64,000 nt of DNA, taken from Vulcanimicrobiota bacterium (GTDB lineage: Bacteria > Vulcanimicrobiota > Vulcanimicrobiia > Vulcanimicrobiales > Vulcanimicrobiaceae). The DNA lies in assembly GCA_963777315.1 (NCBI GenBank), contig CAVZQC010000006.1, positions 32,001 to 96,000 of the forward strand. The letters are read 5' to 3'. Numbering within the stretch: the first letter of the stretch is position 1; each line of letters opens with the position of its first letter. A model generated the notes under the pieces. That model saw nothing but the letters and a program-made list of their open reading frames with translations, made no database searches and was not told the origin of the DNA. A program made the position numbers and the translations under genes. This document shows, piece after piece, positions 27,940 through 37,202 of the stretch.

Positions 27940-28931
27940 GCCGCCACCGCACACTCCAGCGATGCGATCGTTTCTTCGACGACGTCCACGACGTCTTGCG
28001 CGCGATCCAAGTGCATGATGCGCTCGCGCAAGGTCGCCGAATGGGGTATCCCTTTCAGGTACAGCGCCAGATGTTTGCGCATCTGCGGAACTGCGCGCGA
28101 TTCCCCCATTTCGTCGACCATCGTTGCATAGTGCACGCGGATGGCGTAGCGCAGGCGATCGGCGACGGCGGGAACGGGTTCGGGTTTGCGTCCCTCGAGC
28201 GCATCCCGCACCTGAGAAATCAGCCACGGATTGCCCAGCGTCGCGCGGCCCAGCATGATGCCGTCGACTCCGGTTTCGCGCATGCGCTGCAGTGCGGTGC
28301 CGGCATCTTCGATGTCGCCGTTTCCGATCACGGGAATAGCGACGGAGTCTTTCAGGCGCTTGATGTGCTCCCAATCGGCATTGCCTTTGTAAAACTGCTT
28401 GGCCGTGCGCGCGTGCAGCGTGACGGCCGCAACGCCGGCTTCTTGAGCGCGTTTGGCTACCTCGACGTACACGAGCTGTTCTTCGTTCCAGCCTAGGCGC
28501 ATCTTCATCGTCACCGGGCAGTCGACCGCGCCCACTACCGCCTTCATGATCGCCTCGCAGCGTTCCGGGTCGCGAAGACACGCCGAACCACCGTTGATCT
28601 TGGTGATCTTGGGCGCGGGACAGCCGAAGTTGATGTCGACGATGTCGGCTCCGCACTCGCGTACGATCCGCGCGGCCTTTGCCATGGTCTGCGGATCGTC
28701 GCCCCAGAGCTGCGTGCTCACCGGCTTCTCCTGGCCATGCTGATCGATCATCTCCATCGTGCGCTTCGCGCTGGAAGCGTATTGCAGGGCGTTGGCCGAA
28801 ACGAACTCCGTCACGGTCAGACCCAGCCCGAACGGCTTGTAGAGCGCCCGCATCGTACGGTTGGTAACGCCGGACATCGGGGCCAAAATCAGCGGCGGCG
28901 AAATGACGTGCGGGCCGATCCTCAAAGGCAT
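27936..28931 (-). CDS. dusB: tRNA-dihydrouridine synthase B
   Basis: LAPMSGVTN, DINFGCP, KMRLGW, LHART, IGNGDI, MLGRA..NPW. Confidence 0.93.
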   Translation of the reverse strand: MPLRIGPHVISPPLILAPMSGVTNRTMRALYKPFGLGLTVTEFVSANALQYASSAKRTMEMIDQHGQEKPVSTQLWGDDPQTMAKAARIVRECGADIVDINFGCPAPKITKINGGSACLRDPERCEAIMKAVVGAVDCPVTMKMRLGWNEEQLVYVEVAKRAQEAGVAAVTLHARTAKQFYKGNADWEHIKRLKDSVAIPVIGNGDIEDAGTALQRMRETGVDGIMLGRATLGNPWLISQVRDALEGRKPEPVPAVADRLRYAIRVHYATMVDEMGESRAVPQMRKHLALYLKGIPHSATLRERIMHLDRAQDVVDVVEETIASLECAVAA

Positions 28932-28967
28932 AGCGACGGTAGTATAGCACAGGCCGCTGCGCCAACG

Positions 28968-28994
28968 TAAAGTTTTCGTCCGCGCTGCCGATGA
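28968..28994 (+). promoter_or_regulatory. Sigma-28 (FliA/SigD)-type promoter
   Basis: TAAAGTTT-N11-GCCGATGA, one mismatch to the consensus TAAAGTTT-N11-GCCGATAA; 21 nt upstream of the pilin ATG. Confidence 0.8.
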
Positions 28995-29015
28995 CAACGG
29001 TAAGGCAAAACGCTC

Positions 29016-29189
29016 ATGACGACAGCACTTTATACTGCGGCAGGCAGCATCATTTCCGACGAAAGCGGCGCCACGCTGGTGGAATACGCCGTGATGGTGT
29101 CGCTCATCGCCGCCGTGTGCATTGCCTTGATTACGGCGCTCGGAACGTCCGTGAAGTCGCAGTTTTCCTCCGTTACGTCCGGCTTGTAA
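29016..29189 (+). CDS. flp: Flp-family type IVb (Tad) pilin, 57 aa
   Basis: Manual translation MTTALYTAAGSIISDESG/ATLVEYAVMVSLIAAVCIALITALGTSVKSQFSSVTSGL; G|xxxxEY Flp motif. Confidence 0.92.
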   Translation: MTTALYTAAGSIISDESGATLVEYAVMVSLIAAVCIALITALGTSVKSQFSSVTSGL

Positions 29190-29946
29190 CGAAAAACCGG
29201 CGCAGCCCCAAAAGGCTCAGGTGCGCGTTGACGTCGTGAACGACCGTCGTGTGCTTGGCGACCGCATCGGCCAGGCCTCCGGTTGCCACGACGCGCGCCT
29301 GCACGCCCATCTCACTGCGCATGCGCGCGACCAGCGCTTCGGTTTGCCCGACAAAGCCGTACACGATTCCCGACTGCAGCGCTGAGATCGTGTCAGTGCC
29401 GATAGCTTTCTCCGGTGCTTCGAGCGCGATCTGCGGCAACTTGGCGGTACGGCCCACCAGCGCATCGATCGAGATATTGATTCCGGGAGCGATCGCAACG
29501 CCCAAATACTCGCCTGCGGCGGATATCGCCATGAAGGCCGTCGCCGTTCCATAACTGATGACGATGAGCGGTGCGCCGTACAGCTCCCGCGCGCCGATTG
29601 CCGCCGCAACGAGATCCGCTCCCACTTCACCCGGCCGCTGCGTTTTGACCGGCATGAGCGATTGCCGGTGCGGTTTGAAAAAGACCGGGCTGCAGCGAAA
29701 GAATCGCACGCACGCGGCTTCCAAGGTCGAATCGAGTTTCGGTACGACGCTGGCGATGACGACCGCCTGCACGTCCGAAACGAACAGCTCGGCCGTCACG
29801 AACAGCTGGGTGAAAAACGCCCCGTACTCGTCTCCGGTGCGTTTTGGTTCGGTCGTGACTCGCCACGACTGCAGCAGCTCGCCGCCTTCGCCGGCAAAGC
29901 AGCCCAGTTTGGTTTCCGTGTTCCCGACGTCAATCGCGAGCAGCAT
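29173..29946 (-). CDS. coaX: Type III pantothenate kinase
   Basis: MLLAIDVGNT, ASVVP, VGAD, GTAT, IAPG, ATGG. Confidence 0.95.
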   Translation of the reverse strand: MLLAIDVGNTETKLGCFAGEGGELLQSWRVTTEPKRTGDEYGAFFTQLFVTAELFVSDVQAVVIASVVPKLDSTLEAACVRFFRCSPVFFKPHRQSLMPVKTQRPGEVGADLVAAAIGARELYGAPLIVISYGTATAFMAISAAGEYLGVAIAPGINISIDALVGRTAKLPQIALEAPEKAIGTDTISALQSGIVYGFVGQTEALVARMRSEMGVQARVVATGGLADAVAKHTTVVHDVNAHLSLLGLRRFFVTSRT

Positions 29947-31138
29947 GCGCTTTACCGCGAGCGTCGAGCATGTCTTGGACGCAATCCAGCAGGCGCGCGG
30001 CTAAAACGAGCTTGGGCGCTGCGCCGAGATCGCGGCGCCCATCGGTTCCCCACAGCAGCACCAGCCTATTGGCGCCCTCACCGAAACCGCCGCGTGAGAC
30101 GTCGTTGACCGCGATGAGGTCCAAGCGTTTGCGCGCGAGCTTTTCGCGCGCGTGCTGCTCGTGGGCTTGCGTTTCCGCGGCAAAACCCACTACAAAACGG
30201 TCGCCTTTGCGCTGCGCGACCGCCGCCAGCACGTCGGGTGTGCGCACCAGGCGAACTTCGATGTCGCGCTCGGTTTTTTTGCGCTTGTGCGGTTCGCTCA
30301 CCTCCGGGCGCCAATCCGAGACGGCCGCCGCCGCCACTATCACGTCTGCGCCGACGGCGTGCTCCATTGCCGCATCGTGCATTTGCTGTGCGGTCTGCAC
30401 GCAAACCACGCGCACGCCCGCAGGCGGGTCGACGTGGGTGGGTCCCAGGATTAACGTCACGTCGGCGCCGCGCAACGCCGCTTCCCGCGAAACGGCAATA
30501 CCCATGGTTCCCGTGGAGGGGTTGCTGATATATCGCACCGGATCGAACGCTTCGCGCGTCGGTCCGGCCGTAACGGCAACGCGTTTGCCCGCAAGCGACT
30601 GCGTTCGCGCCAGCACCGTTTCCAACGCTTGCACGATCGTTTCTTCGGATGCAAGGCGCCCGATACCGTGCTCGCGCTCTGCCAGAAACCCGCTCTCGGG
30701 ATCGACGAAAACAAACCCGCGCTCGCGCAAAACGCGCACGTTTGCTCGCGTCGCCGGGTTGTGATACATCGCATCGTTCATTGCCGGTGCAAGGATCACG
30801 GGAATCCGCGCGGCCAAAAGCGCGGTCGTCACTAAATCGTCCGCCATGCCGCCGGCCAGCTTGGCCAGAACGTTCGCCGTGGCGGGAACTACGAGCGCAA
30901 CGTTTGCTTCACGCACGAGCCGAATGTGCGGAATGCGCTGCGGTGCGTCCCATAGCGAAGTATAGACCGGACGTCCGGTCAGCGACGAGAACGTGAGCGC
31001 GCCGACGAACCGCTCGGCGTGCGCGCTCATGATCACGTCGACGAGCGCACCGCGCTGAACCAGCGTGCTCGTGAGCGCTGCGGCTTTATACGCCGCGATG
31101 CCGCCGGTCACGCACAACAGGACCCGCGCGCCTTTCAT
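29930..31138 (-). CDS. coaBC: Phosphopantothenoylcysteine decarboxylase/ligase
   Basis: VTGGIAAYKA, PAMNDAM, TAGPTREAFDPVRYISNPSTGTMG, AAVSDW, VGFAAET. Confidence 0.96.
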   Translation of the reverse strand: MKGARVLLCVTGGIAAYKAAALTSTLVQRGALVDVIMSAHAERFVGALTFSSLTGRPVYTSLWDAPQRIPHIRLVREANVALVVPATANVLAKLAGGMADDLVTTALLAARIPVILAPAMNDAMYHNPATRANVRVLRERGFVFVDPESGFLAEREHGIGRLASEETIVQALETVLARTQSLAGKRVAVTAGPTREAFDPVRYISNPSTGTMGIAVSREAALRGADVTLILGPTHVDPPAGVRVVCVQTAQQMHDAAMEHAVGADVIVAAAAVSDWRPEVSEPHKRKKTERDIEVRLVRTPDVLAAVAQRKGDRFVVGFAAETQAHEQHAREKLARKRLDLIAVNDVSRGGFGEGANRLVLLWGTDGRRDLGAAPKLVLAARLLDCVQDMLDARGKAHAARD

Positions 31139-31980
31139 CGTTTTTCGGCCTCTTCGCGGTCCACGCGCAGGTTGTCGATCAAGCGCGTCGTGCCGAATCG
31201 CGCAGCCCCGATAATGAATGCGGGCGGCCGCAGAAATTCCTGCGGTGCGAACGTGTCGACGTCGACGACGTCCAAATACTCCCATTGCGCAAGCGGGCTG
31301 AGCACGCGCCGGCCGCGCTCGCGCGCCGTCATCACGTCGCATCCGCCGCGCAGCTGCGCGAGGGTCGTCTCGAGGGCCGCATACAGCGTCGGAGCGCCGG
31401 CGCGCTGCTCGGGCGACAGGTACGCATTTCGGCTCGACAACGCCAAGCCGTCGGACTCACGTACGGTCGGAACGATGCGCACGTCCACCGGCAAGTCGAG
31501 GTCGCGCAGCATTTTGGCAAGCACCGCGGTTTGCTGGGCGTCCTTTTGCCCCACGTACAGCCGATCGGGCGCGATCACGTGCAGCAACTTGCACACGATG
31601 GTCGCCACGCCGCGAAAGTGCGTGGGGCGGACGGCGCCCTCGTAGGTCGATCCGAGATCGCCGACGTCGACGATGGTCGAAAAACCGGCAGGGTACATCG
31701 CCTGCGCGGACGGCGCGAACACCAGATCCACGCCGGCTCGACCGAGCGCGGCCATGTCGCCCTCCATATCGCGCGGATATCGTTCGAAGTCTTCACCGGC
31801 TCCGAACTGCATGGGGTTGACGAAAACGGTTGCGACGGTCGCGGCGCATTGCGCGCGAGAGCTCTGCACCAAACGCAGATGGCCGGCATGAAGCGCGCCC
31901 ATCGTCGGCACCAGTCCGAGCGGGTGCGCGAGCGACGCAACGCCCTCCCGCGCGAGGGCGACGTCATCGCAGAAGTGCAC
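31135..31980 (-). CDS. panC: Pantoate--beta-alanine ligase
   Basis: VPTMGALHAGH, FVNPMQF, RPTHFRGV, GQKDAQQ, RESDGLALSSRN, RLIDN. Confidence 0.97.
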   Translation of the reverse strand: MHFCDDVALAREGVASLAHPLGLVPTMGALHAGHLRLVQSSRAQCAATVATVFVNPMQFGAGEDFERYPRDMEGDMAALGRAGVDLVFAPSAQAMYPAGFSTIVDVGDLGSTYEGAVRPTHFRGVATIVCKLLHVIAPDRLYVGQKDAQQTAVLAKMLRDLDLPVDVRIVPTVRESDGLALSSRNAYLSPEQRAGAPTLYAALETTLAQLRGGCDVMTARERGRRVLSPLAQWEYLDVVDVDTFAPQEFLRPPAFIIGAARFGTTRLIDNLRVDREEAEKR

Positions 31981-31992
31981 GAATCGCCCGGC

Positions 31993-32295
31993 CTAACGCC
32001 GCGTCACCCGCAAAACGGTGTGGCCGACCTGAAAGGGAACGCCGATTTCCAGCCGCACTTCTTGCGTGATCGGATGGTCGTCCATTCGCGTTCCGTTCCG
32101 GCTCTGCAGATCGGATAGCAAGAGCAGCCCTGCTTGGTTGCGCAGCCGCGCGTGACGGCGTGAAACGTAGCGATCCAGCGTTATGCAGGCCTCCGCAACC
32201 GTTTCGTCCCGACCGATGACGATTTCGTGTTCGAACGGCCACGTTTTGCCGTCGAGCGGGCCGCTGAGCACCTCCAAGAGATAGATCGCGGACAT
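31993..32295 (-). CDS. Stand-alone FHA-domain protein
   Basis: IGRD..DRYVSRRHA..SDLQSRNGT. Confidence 0.88.
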   Translation of the reverse strand: MSAIYLLEVLSGPLDGKTWPFEHEIVIGRDETVAEACITLDRYVSRRHARLRNQAGLLLLSDLQSRNGTRMDDHPITQEVRLEIGVPFQVGHTVLRVTRR

Positions 32296-32398
32296 GGCGC
32301 AGGCGCTTTCGCCTCGAAAAGCAAGTGGCCCTGGGGACACGTGGGTATGATGCCTGCAGCCCATTAACAATTCCGATACACGTGACGATACTTTCTAA

Positions 32399-32650
32399 GT
32401 GACGCAATGGACACCGGAGCAGAGCGCTGAGGCGGGGATGAACGATAGGATCGACGAGTTGCTGCACCTGATCGAGGTCGAGCCGGACGCGCTGCGTGAA
32501 GCCGAATTCATGCAGGCGCAAGCGATCCTTGAAACGATGGTCGGCAAAACCATTGCGGCGGCGGAAATCGAAGAAACGCGCATCGTCGTCACGATGGACG
32601 ACGGCAACAAATACTTCTTCTACGGTTTCTTGGGCGAAAAGAGCGACTAG
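32399..32650 (+). CDS. Small acidic hypothetical protein
   Basis: 83 aa (or 70 aa from ATG 32438) ORF filling the gap between oppositely oriented genes. Confidence 0.65.
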   Translation: MTQWTPEQSAEAGMNDRIDELLHLIEVEPDALREAEFMQAQAILETMVGKTIAAAEIEETRIVVTMDDGNKYFFYGFLGEKSD

Positions 32651-32658
32651 CAGGCCTG

Positions 32659-33021
32659 CTAGGCGCGAGCGCGCTGCTGCAGCTCGTGGATATGTTCCAC
32701 GATAGCGCTTTGATCGGCGGCTGCGATTTGCGTGAAAGCGATGCCGTGAGCGAACTGCTGTTTGCCGGCGTCGAAGAACGAGAGCACGACGCGGCCGCGC
32801 ACCATCATCTGATGACCGCTGTCCGCCAGCGTAAAGCGCAGCGTGACGCTTTGGCCCGGACTCAAATCATTTTTGGTAATGACGCGCACGCCGCCTCCGC
32901 TCAAGTCCACGGCATTGCCGTACATGACGAGTTCACCGCCCGGAACGATGACGGTCACGGGGAAATCGACGGCTGCGCGAAAGAACCGTCGTTGTTGTGG
33001 TGAGCCCGGTTGCGAGGACAC
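32659..33021 (-). CDS. PilZ-domain protein (c-di-GMP receptor)
   Basis: RRFFR (RxxxR) and DLSGGG motifs; HGIAF. Confidence 0.88.
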   Translation of the reverse strand: MSSQPGSPQQRRFFRAAVDFPVTVIVPGGELVMYGNAVDLSGGGVRVITKNDLSPGQSVTLRFTLADSGHQMMVRGRVVLSFFDAGKQQFAHGIAFTQIAAADQSAIVEHIHELQQRARA

Positions 33022-33045
33022 GGGCGTAGAGGTTCGGGGCGACCT

Positions 33046-34296
33046 TTAAAGGCCCTGCGCAGCGAACAGCGCTCCGAGCATAACGTGCTCGGCGAGCGCA
33101 CCGCCTTGCAAGTAGACTTCGTACGGCTCGCGCAGCGGCGCGTCGCACGATAATTCACTGGTAGCGCCTGCGACGAAGGCGCCGCTCGACATAATGACGT
33201 GCTCGCGGTAACCCGGCACGCTGCCGGGCACCGGACGAAAGCGCGCATTGATGGGCAGCGCCGTTTGTAACGCTTGCGCAAAGCGCTGGAGTTTGCGTGC
33301 GCTGCCCAGGCGAATCGCCTGCACTACGTCGGTGCGCGGCTGTCCCGCGCGAGGGTCGACGGCGTACCCGAGCTCTGCGAAGAGCGCTGCTGCAAAATCC
33401 AAACCGCGCAGCGTCTGTTCGACCAGCAGCGGCGCGACGAACAGTCCTTGGATGAGCGCACGCCCCATACCCAGCGTCGGACCCAGTGCGTCGCCCAAGC
33501 CTGGAGCATACACCCGCGCGGCGACGCGCTCGACCAAATCGGCCCGGCCGGCAACGTATCCGCCCGCAGGTGCGAGCGTCCCGCCCAAATTCTTTATCAG
33601 CGAACCCATGACGAGATCGGCGCCCACGTGCGTGGGTTCTTGCGCCTCGACCAGCTCGCCGTAGCAGTTGTCGACCAGAACGGCTACGTCGGGGCGCGAT
33701 TCCCGCACGCGCGCGAAGGCCGCGGCGCATTGCGACACGTTAACCGACGGCCGCGCAGCATAACCGCGCGAACGCTGCACGAACACCGCTGCAACGCGAT
33801 CGTCCTGCAGCTCGCGAGCGACCGCATCGAGGTCGAACGGCGATTCGTCGCGAGCGTGCCGCAGCGCAACCTCCCGATATCCCATGCCCGCCTGCACCAA
33901 GTTGTGCGGCGCCTGCGCTATCGCGTTGCGCAGCGTATCGTACGGAGTGCCGGTTATGCTCAGCAAGATTTTTCCCGGCGGGACGCAGGCAGCAATTGCG
34001 GCCGCGATGGCGTGCGTTCCGCTGGCGAACGTTAGGCGCGCAAGCACGCGCTGCACGCCGAAAATGCGCGCCAGCAGCGATTCATACCGTTCGCGCGCGG
34101 CGTCGCCGTATCCATATCCGGTCGAGCCGGCCAAATCGGAATCGACGATTCCTTCTTGCAAAAACGCCGAAAGCACGCCGGCTTTAACGTGCGCTTGCGG
34201 CTCGTACCGCAGCGTGCAAACGCTTTCGTACGCGCGGCGTGCCGCATCGCGTACGGCATCCGTGATGCCGAAGCGATCGCACAAAATATCGATCAC
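33046..34296 (-). CDS. YnbB/aluminium-resistance family PLP enzyme (methionine gamma-lyase-like)
   Basis: GSTGYGYGDAARE, ASGTHAI, QRSRGY, VDNCYGE, GSLIKNLGG. Confidence 0.9.
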   Translation of the reverse strand: MIDILCDRFGITDAVRDAARRAYESVCTLRYEPQAHVKAGVLSAFLQEGIVDSDLAGSTGYGYGDAARERYESLLARIFGVQRVLARLTFASGTHAIAAAIAACVPPGKILLSITGTPYDTLRNAIAQAPHNLVQAGMGYREVALRHARDESPFDLDAVARELQDDRVAAVFVQRSRGYAARPSVNVSQCAAAFARVRESRPDVAVLVDNCYGELVEAQEPTHVGADLVMGSLIKNLGGTLAPAGGYVAGRADLVERVAARVYAPGLGDALGPTLGMGRALIQGLFVAPLLVEQTLRGLDFAAALFAELGYAVDPRAGQPRTDVVQAIRLGSARKLQRFAQALQTALPINARFRPVPGSVPGYREHVIMSSGAFVAGATSELSCDAPLREPYEVYLQGGALAEHVMLGALFAAQGL

Positions 34297-35477
34297 GCCG
34301 ATATGCGGGCTTCGTGCCGTTCGTAGGCTCGCACGAACGGAATGTAGAGCAGCGTCGCAACGCCGACGTTCACGCAAATCAGTGCAACGGCGCGCACGTC
34401 CAGCGTGGCCAGATACGTCGACGCTACCGCCGGCAGGCTGGAGGGAACGTACAGCGCGGGGCGCGCTACCATGCCGTGCGCTATCGCGAAATACGATATC
34501 GTCGCCAGCACGACCGGCACCGCCACGAACGGCACGGCCAGAAACGGATTGAAGACGATCGGAAGGCCGAAAACCAGCGGTTCGTTGAGATTGAAGATCG
34601 CCGGCACGATCGTCAGACGCCCGATCTTGCGAAGACGCTCGACCTTGCTCATTGCAAGCAGCGCCGCCAGCGGCAGCGTGGCGCCCGCACCGCCGGGAAA
34701 GACGAACAAAAAAAGCGACACGACGACGATGTGCGGCAGCGGCCGGTGGTGGCCGAATGCGGCCGTGTTTTGTAATTGCAGCGTCAGATAGACGGGCGTC
34801 ACGATGGCCGCCAGCGTAGCCGGCCCGTGAATGCCGCACAGCCACAGCAGCGTTTCGGCCAGCGTAATGATCAGCAGCGCGGCGTACGTGTCGCCCAAAC
34901 GCCCCATCGGCGCAAGCGCGGCGATCAGTTCGTTTCCCAAAGAGAAATGCATCTGGAACAGCGCCGCGCCGGCGGTAAGCACGAGCGCCGCGCCTGCGTA
35001 ATCGGCGACCGGCGCCCACGGCAAAATGCGGCGCAGCGCCATGCAGGCGGCGACCACGGCGAGCGCGACGACGATCGCCAAGAACAGCCCGCTTTCGCCG
35101 ACGCGATGCAGATATCCAAGCGGATCGGCAGCCGTGAACGGACGCGGTAATGCCAAGGCAAAAGCGCATGCCGCGCCCGCGACGACTGCGAGGCGAGAAA
35201 GCCGCAGCCGAATCGCCAATCGGTACGCCAAGATGACGACCAGCGCGGCCGCCATCACTCCAAACGCCGGCAGTTCCGCCAGAGAAACCCGCTTCAAAAA
35301 GCCGGCAAAGAACGGCGCGTGAACCGGAACGAGCGCCACGAATGCAACGAGGCCGCCGATCAGGCCCGCCAGGCTCCACGGAAGGCTTTCGCGCACGGCA
35401 AGCATGGCCGGCGCGTCGGCGAACGTGCTGCTAGAGCTTGCGAACCACGGCTTCGACGCGACCGACGATAGCGACAT
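34293..35477 (-). CDS. PTS EIIC component, cellobiose/lactose family (start uncertain)
   Basis: Multi-TM; LLWLCGIHG, GGAGATL, PAIFNLNEPLVFGLPIVFNP, LYIPFVRAYE. Confidence 0.85.
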   Translation of the reverse strand: MSLSSVASKPWFASSSSTFADAPAMLAVRESLPWSLAGLIGGLVAFVALVPVHAPFFAGFLKRVSLAELPAFGVMAAALVVILAYRLAIRLRLSRLAVVAGAACAFALALPRPFTAADPLGYLHRVGESGLFLAIVVALAVVAACMALRRILPWAPVADYAGAALVLTAGAALFQMHFSLGNELIAALAPMGRLGDTYAALLIITLAETLLWLCGIHGPATLAAIVTPVYLTLQLQNTAAFGHHRPLPHIVVVSLFLFVFPGGAGATLPLAALLAMSKVERLRKIGRLTIVPAIFNLNEPLVFGLPIVFNPFLAVPFVAVPVVLATISYFAIAHGMVARPALYVPSSLPAVASTYLATLDVRAVALICVNVGVATLLYIPFVRAYERHEARISA

Positions 35478-36039
35478 CGCTTGCGTAGATTGGCTCCATT
35501 GCCGCATTCTCCGGCTGCAAACGAACGCGACCATCCTCTTTGTAAAATCTCTTTACCGTCGCTTCACCGTCGAGCATGGCCACCACGATCTGCCCGTTTT
35601 CGGCCGAGCGTTGCGGCTGTACGACGATCAGATCGCCGTCGAGTATGGCAGCGTCGATCATGGAGTCGCCTTGGACGCGCAGCATGAAGCCGTGCGACGC
35701 GCGCGCAAACGCCGCGGGCAGAACGAATTCGCCCTCGATGTTTTCCTGCGCCGTTATCGGAACGCCGGCCGCGACTTTGCCCACGACCGGCAGCACAATG
35801 GTTTCCGGAACCGCCGAGCCGGAGTCGGGTATCGTGCTTCGCAGCGCGCGCGGTTTGGTGGGATCGCGGCTGATGAGACCGCGCCGTTCCAGCGTTTTGA
35901 GATGCGCGTGTATGGTGGACGATGAGGAAAGCCCGACGCGCTCTCCGATCTCGCGGACCGACGGCGGGTACCCGCGTTCGGCCGTAAACCGGCGAATGAC
36001 GTCCAAAATCCGCTGCTGTCGCTCGGTGGTTTGTTCCAT
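35431..36039 (-). CDS. lexA: SOS repressor LexA
   Basis: GYPPSVREIG, KVAAGVPI cleavage site, VQGDSM (Ser), ATVKRF (Lys); GGAGG RBS. Confidence 0.98.
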   Translation of the reverse strand: MEQTTERQQRILDVIRRFTAERGYPPSVREIGERVGLSSSSTIHAHLKTLERRGLISRDPTKPRALRSTIPDSGSAVPETIVLPVVGKVAAGVPITAQENIEGEFVLPAAFARASHGFMLRVQGDSMIDAAILDGDLIVVQPQRSAENGQIVVAMLDGEATVKRFYKEDGRVRLQPENAAMEPIYASDVAIVGRVEAVVRKL

Positions 36040-36111
36040 GCGCCTCCCCTGGGATGCCATGCCCCTGGCATGCCAGCCGGATACAACCCTACCATAACCT
36101 TGCCCGTAAGG

Positions 36112-36227
36112 CAAACATGTGTTCGCAAGGCCTTGACACTCGTCGGCGGCGCCGTGGTAAAATTCTAGTAGCCGAACACGCGTTTGGCCCAAAATATGGG
36201 TAGGGTAGTACAGCGAACGGGCGTTCG
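36112..36227. promoter_or_regulatory. Three SOS boxes (GAAC-N4-GTTY) and a sigma-70 promoter between lexA and the LysM gene
   Basis: CAAACATGTGTTCG 36112-36125; CGAACACGCGTTTG 36173-36186; CGAACGGGCGTTCG 36214-36227; TTGACA at 36133 and TGGTAAAAT 36155-36163. Confidence 0.85.
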
Positions 36228-36254
36228 CCGCAAGATACAGTAAGGAGCACAGCC

Positions 36255-36542
36255 GTGCGCAAGCGCAAACGATTCACCTTGATGCCTCTGATCACGCTGG
36301 CCGCGCTAAGCGCGATGGTGACGGTGCCGGCGCTCTCGAGCATGCATCTGTACGCCGCGACCGCACAGCGCTATGCCACCGTCGTCGTTCAGCCCGGCGA
36401 CACGCTCTGGAGTATTGCGGCGGCCAAAACGTCGCGCGACGGCGACGTGCAGGAAACGATCGATCGCGTCACCGAGGTCAACCACCTTCGCGGCGCGTCC
36501 CTCTCGCCGGGTCAGCACCTTCGCGTACCTCTGTCCTACTGA
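36255..36542 (+). CDS. Membrane-anchored LysM protein, YneA/ChiZ-like SOS division inhibitor candidate
   Basis: TM helix then VVQPGDTLWSIA...LSPGQHLRVP; divergent from lexA; AAGGAG RBS. Confidence 0.85.
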   Translation: MRKRKRFTLMPLITLAALSAMVTVPALSSMHLYAATAQRYATVVVQPGDTLWSIAAAKTSRDGDVQETIDRVTEVNHLRGASLSPGQHLRVPLSY

Positions 36543-36589
36543 GCCGCACTTCGCAACCCCGGTATCGAAGGACCCTGAGCGTGTCAGTC

Positions 36590-37108
36590 TTAGCGCGGTA
36601 TGTCGACGTCCTCGAACAGTTCGCCGGCGTCGAACCGCAACCACGTCAGCGCCGCCGATTTTATGCGATCCCCCACACGATAGCACACTGCTTCTTGACC
36701 TGGCGCATGCGCATACACGAGGCGATCCGACGGGTCCACGTCCAACACGAGTTCGCTGCCGTGCGAGAGGTATTGGGAGATTTTCGTGGCGGCCAGCGCC
36801 CGGCGGTGCGAGGGCGAGCGCACTTCGACGGCAACATCCGGAGCAAACGGCGGCTCTTCCGACCCCTCGTGCGTGAGCGGGCGAAGACGATCGTATGAAA
36901 CGTAGGCAACGTCGGGCACCAATTCCGTGCCCCGTGCAAGCTTGAAGCGCCACTCCGTACCTACGACGCCGCGTTCGCCGGCGCAGCGCTTCATTACCGT
37001 AGCAGCGGCGAACTGTACGACGGCATGGGTGCGCTTTGGGCTCACCTTGGGGTAGGGACTCCCGTCGATGTACTCGATTTCGGGCTTGTCAGAAAGAATA
37101 TCAGCCAT
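36590..37108 (-). CDS. Uma2-family (PD-(D/E)XK-like) endonuclease
   Basis: EYIDG..SP..HA; LVPDVAY; APDVAVEVRSPS; K..YL..G..LV..VDP. Confidence 0.88.
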   Translation of the reverse strand: MADILSDKPEIEYIDGSPYPKVSPKRTHAVVQFAAATVMKRCAGERGVVGTEWRFKLARGTELVPDVAYVSYDRLRPLTHEGSEEPPFAPDVAVEVRSPSHRRALAATKISQYLSHGSELVLDVDPSDRLVYAHAPGQEAVCYRVGDRIKSAALTWLRFDAGELFEDVDIPR

Positions 37109-37202
37109 TTGGTTTGCTCCACGCCAACTTATCACGCCTAAGCGTGAAGGTACAATGCTGCGGGCCTCGACAGAGTCGGCGTGCCTTCGAAGCTTACGAC
37201 GA

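Noticed and set aside
26674..28965. 763-aa ORF suggesting a large N-terminal extension on the aminotransferase
   Set aside because: The extension is an off-frame read of dusB; the real start is the GTG at 27939 overlapping the dusB stop
33046..35379. 777-aa ORF
   Set aside because: The N-terminal half is an alternative frame over the PTS EIIC gene; the enzyme starts at GTG 34296
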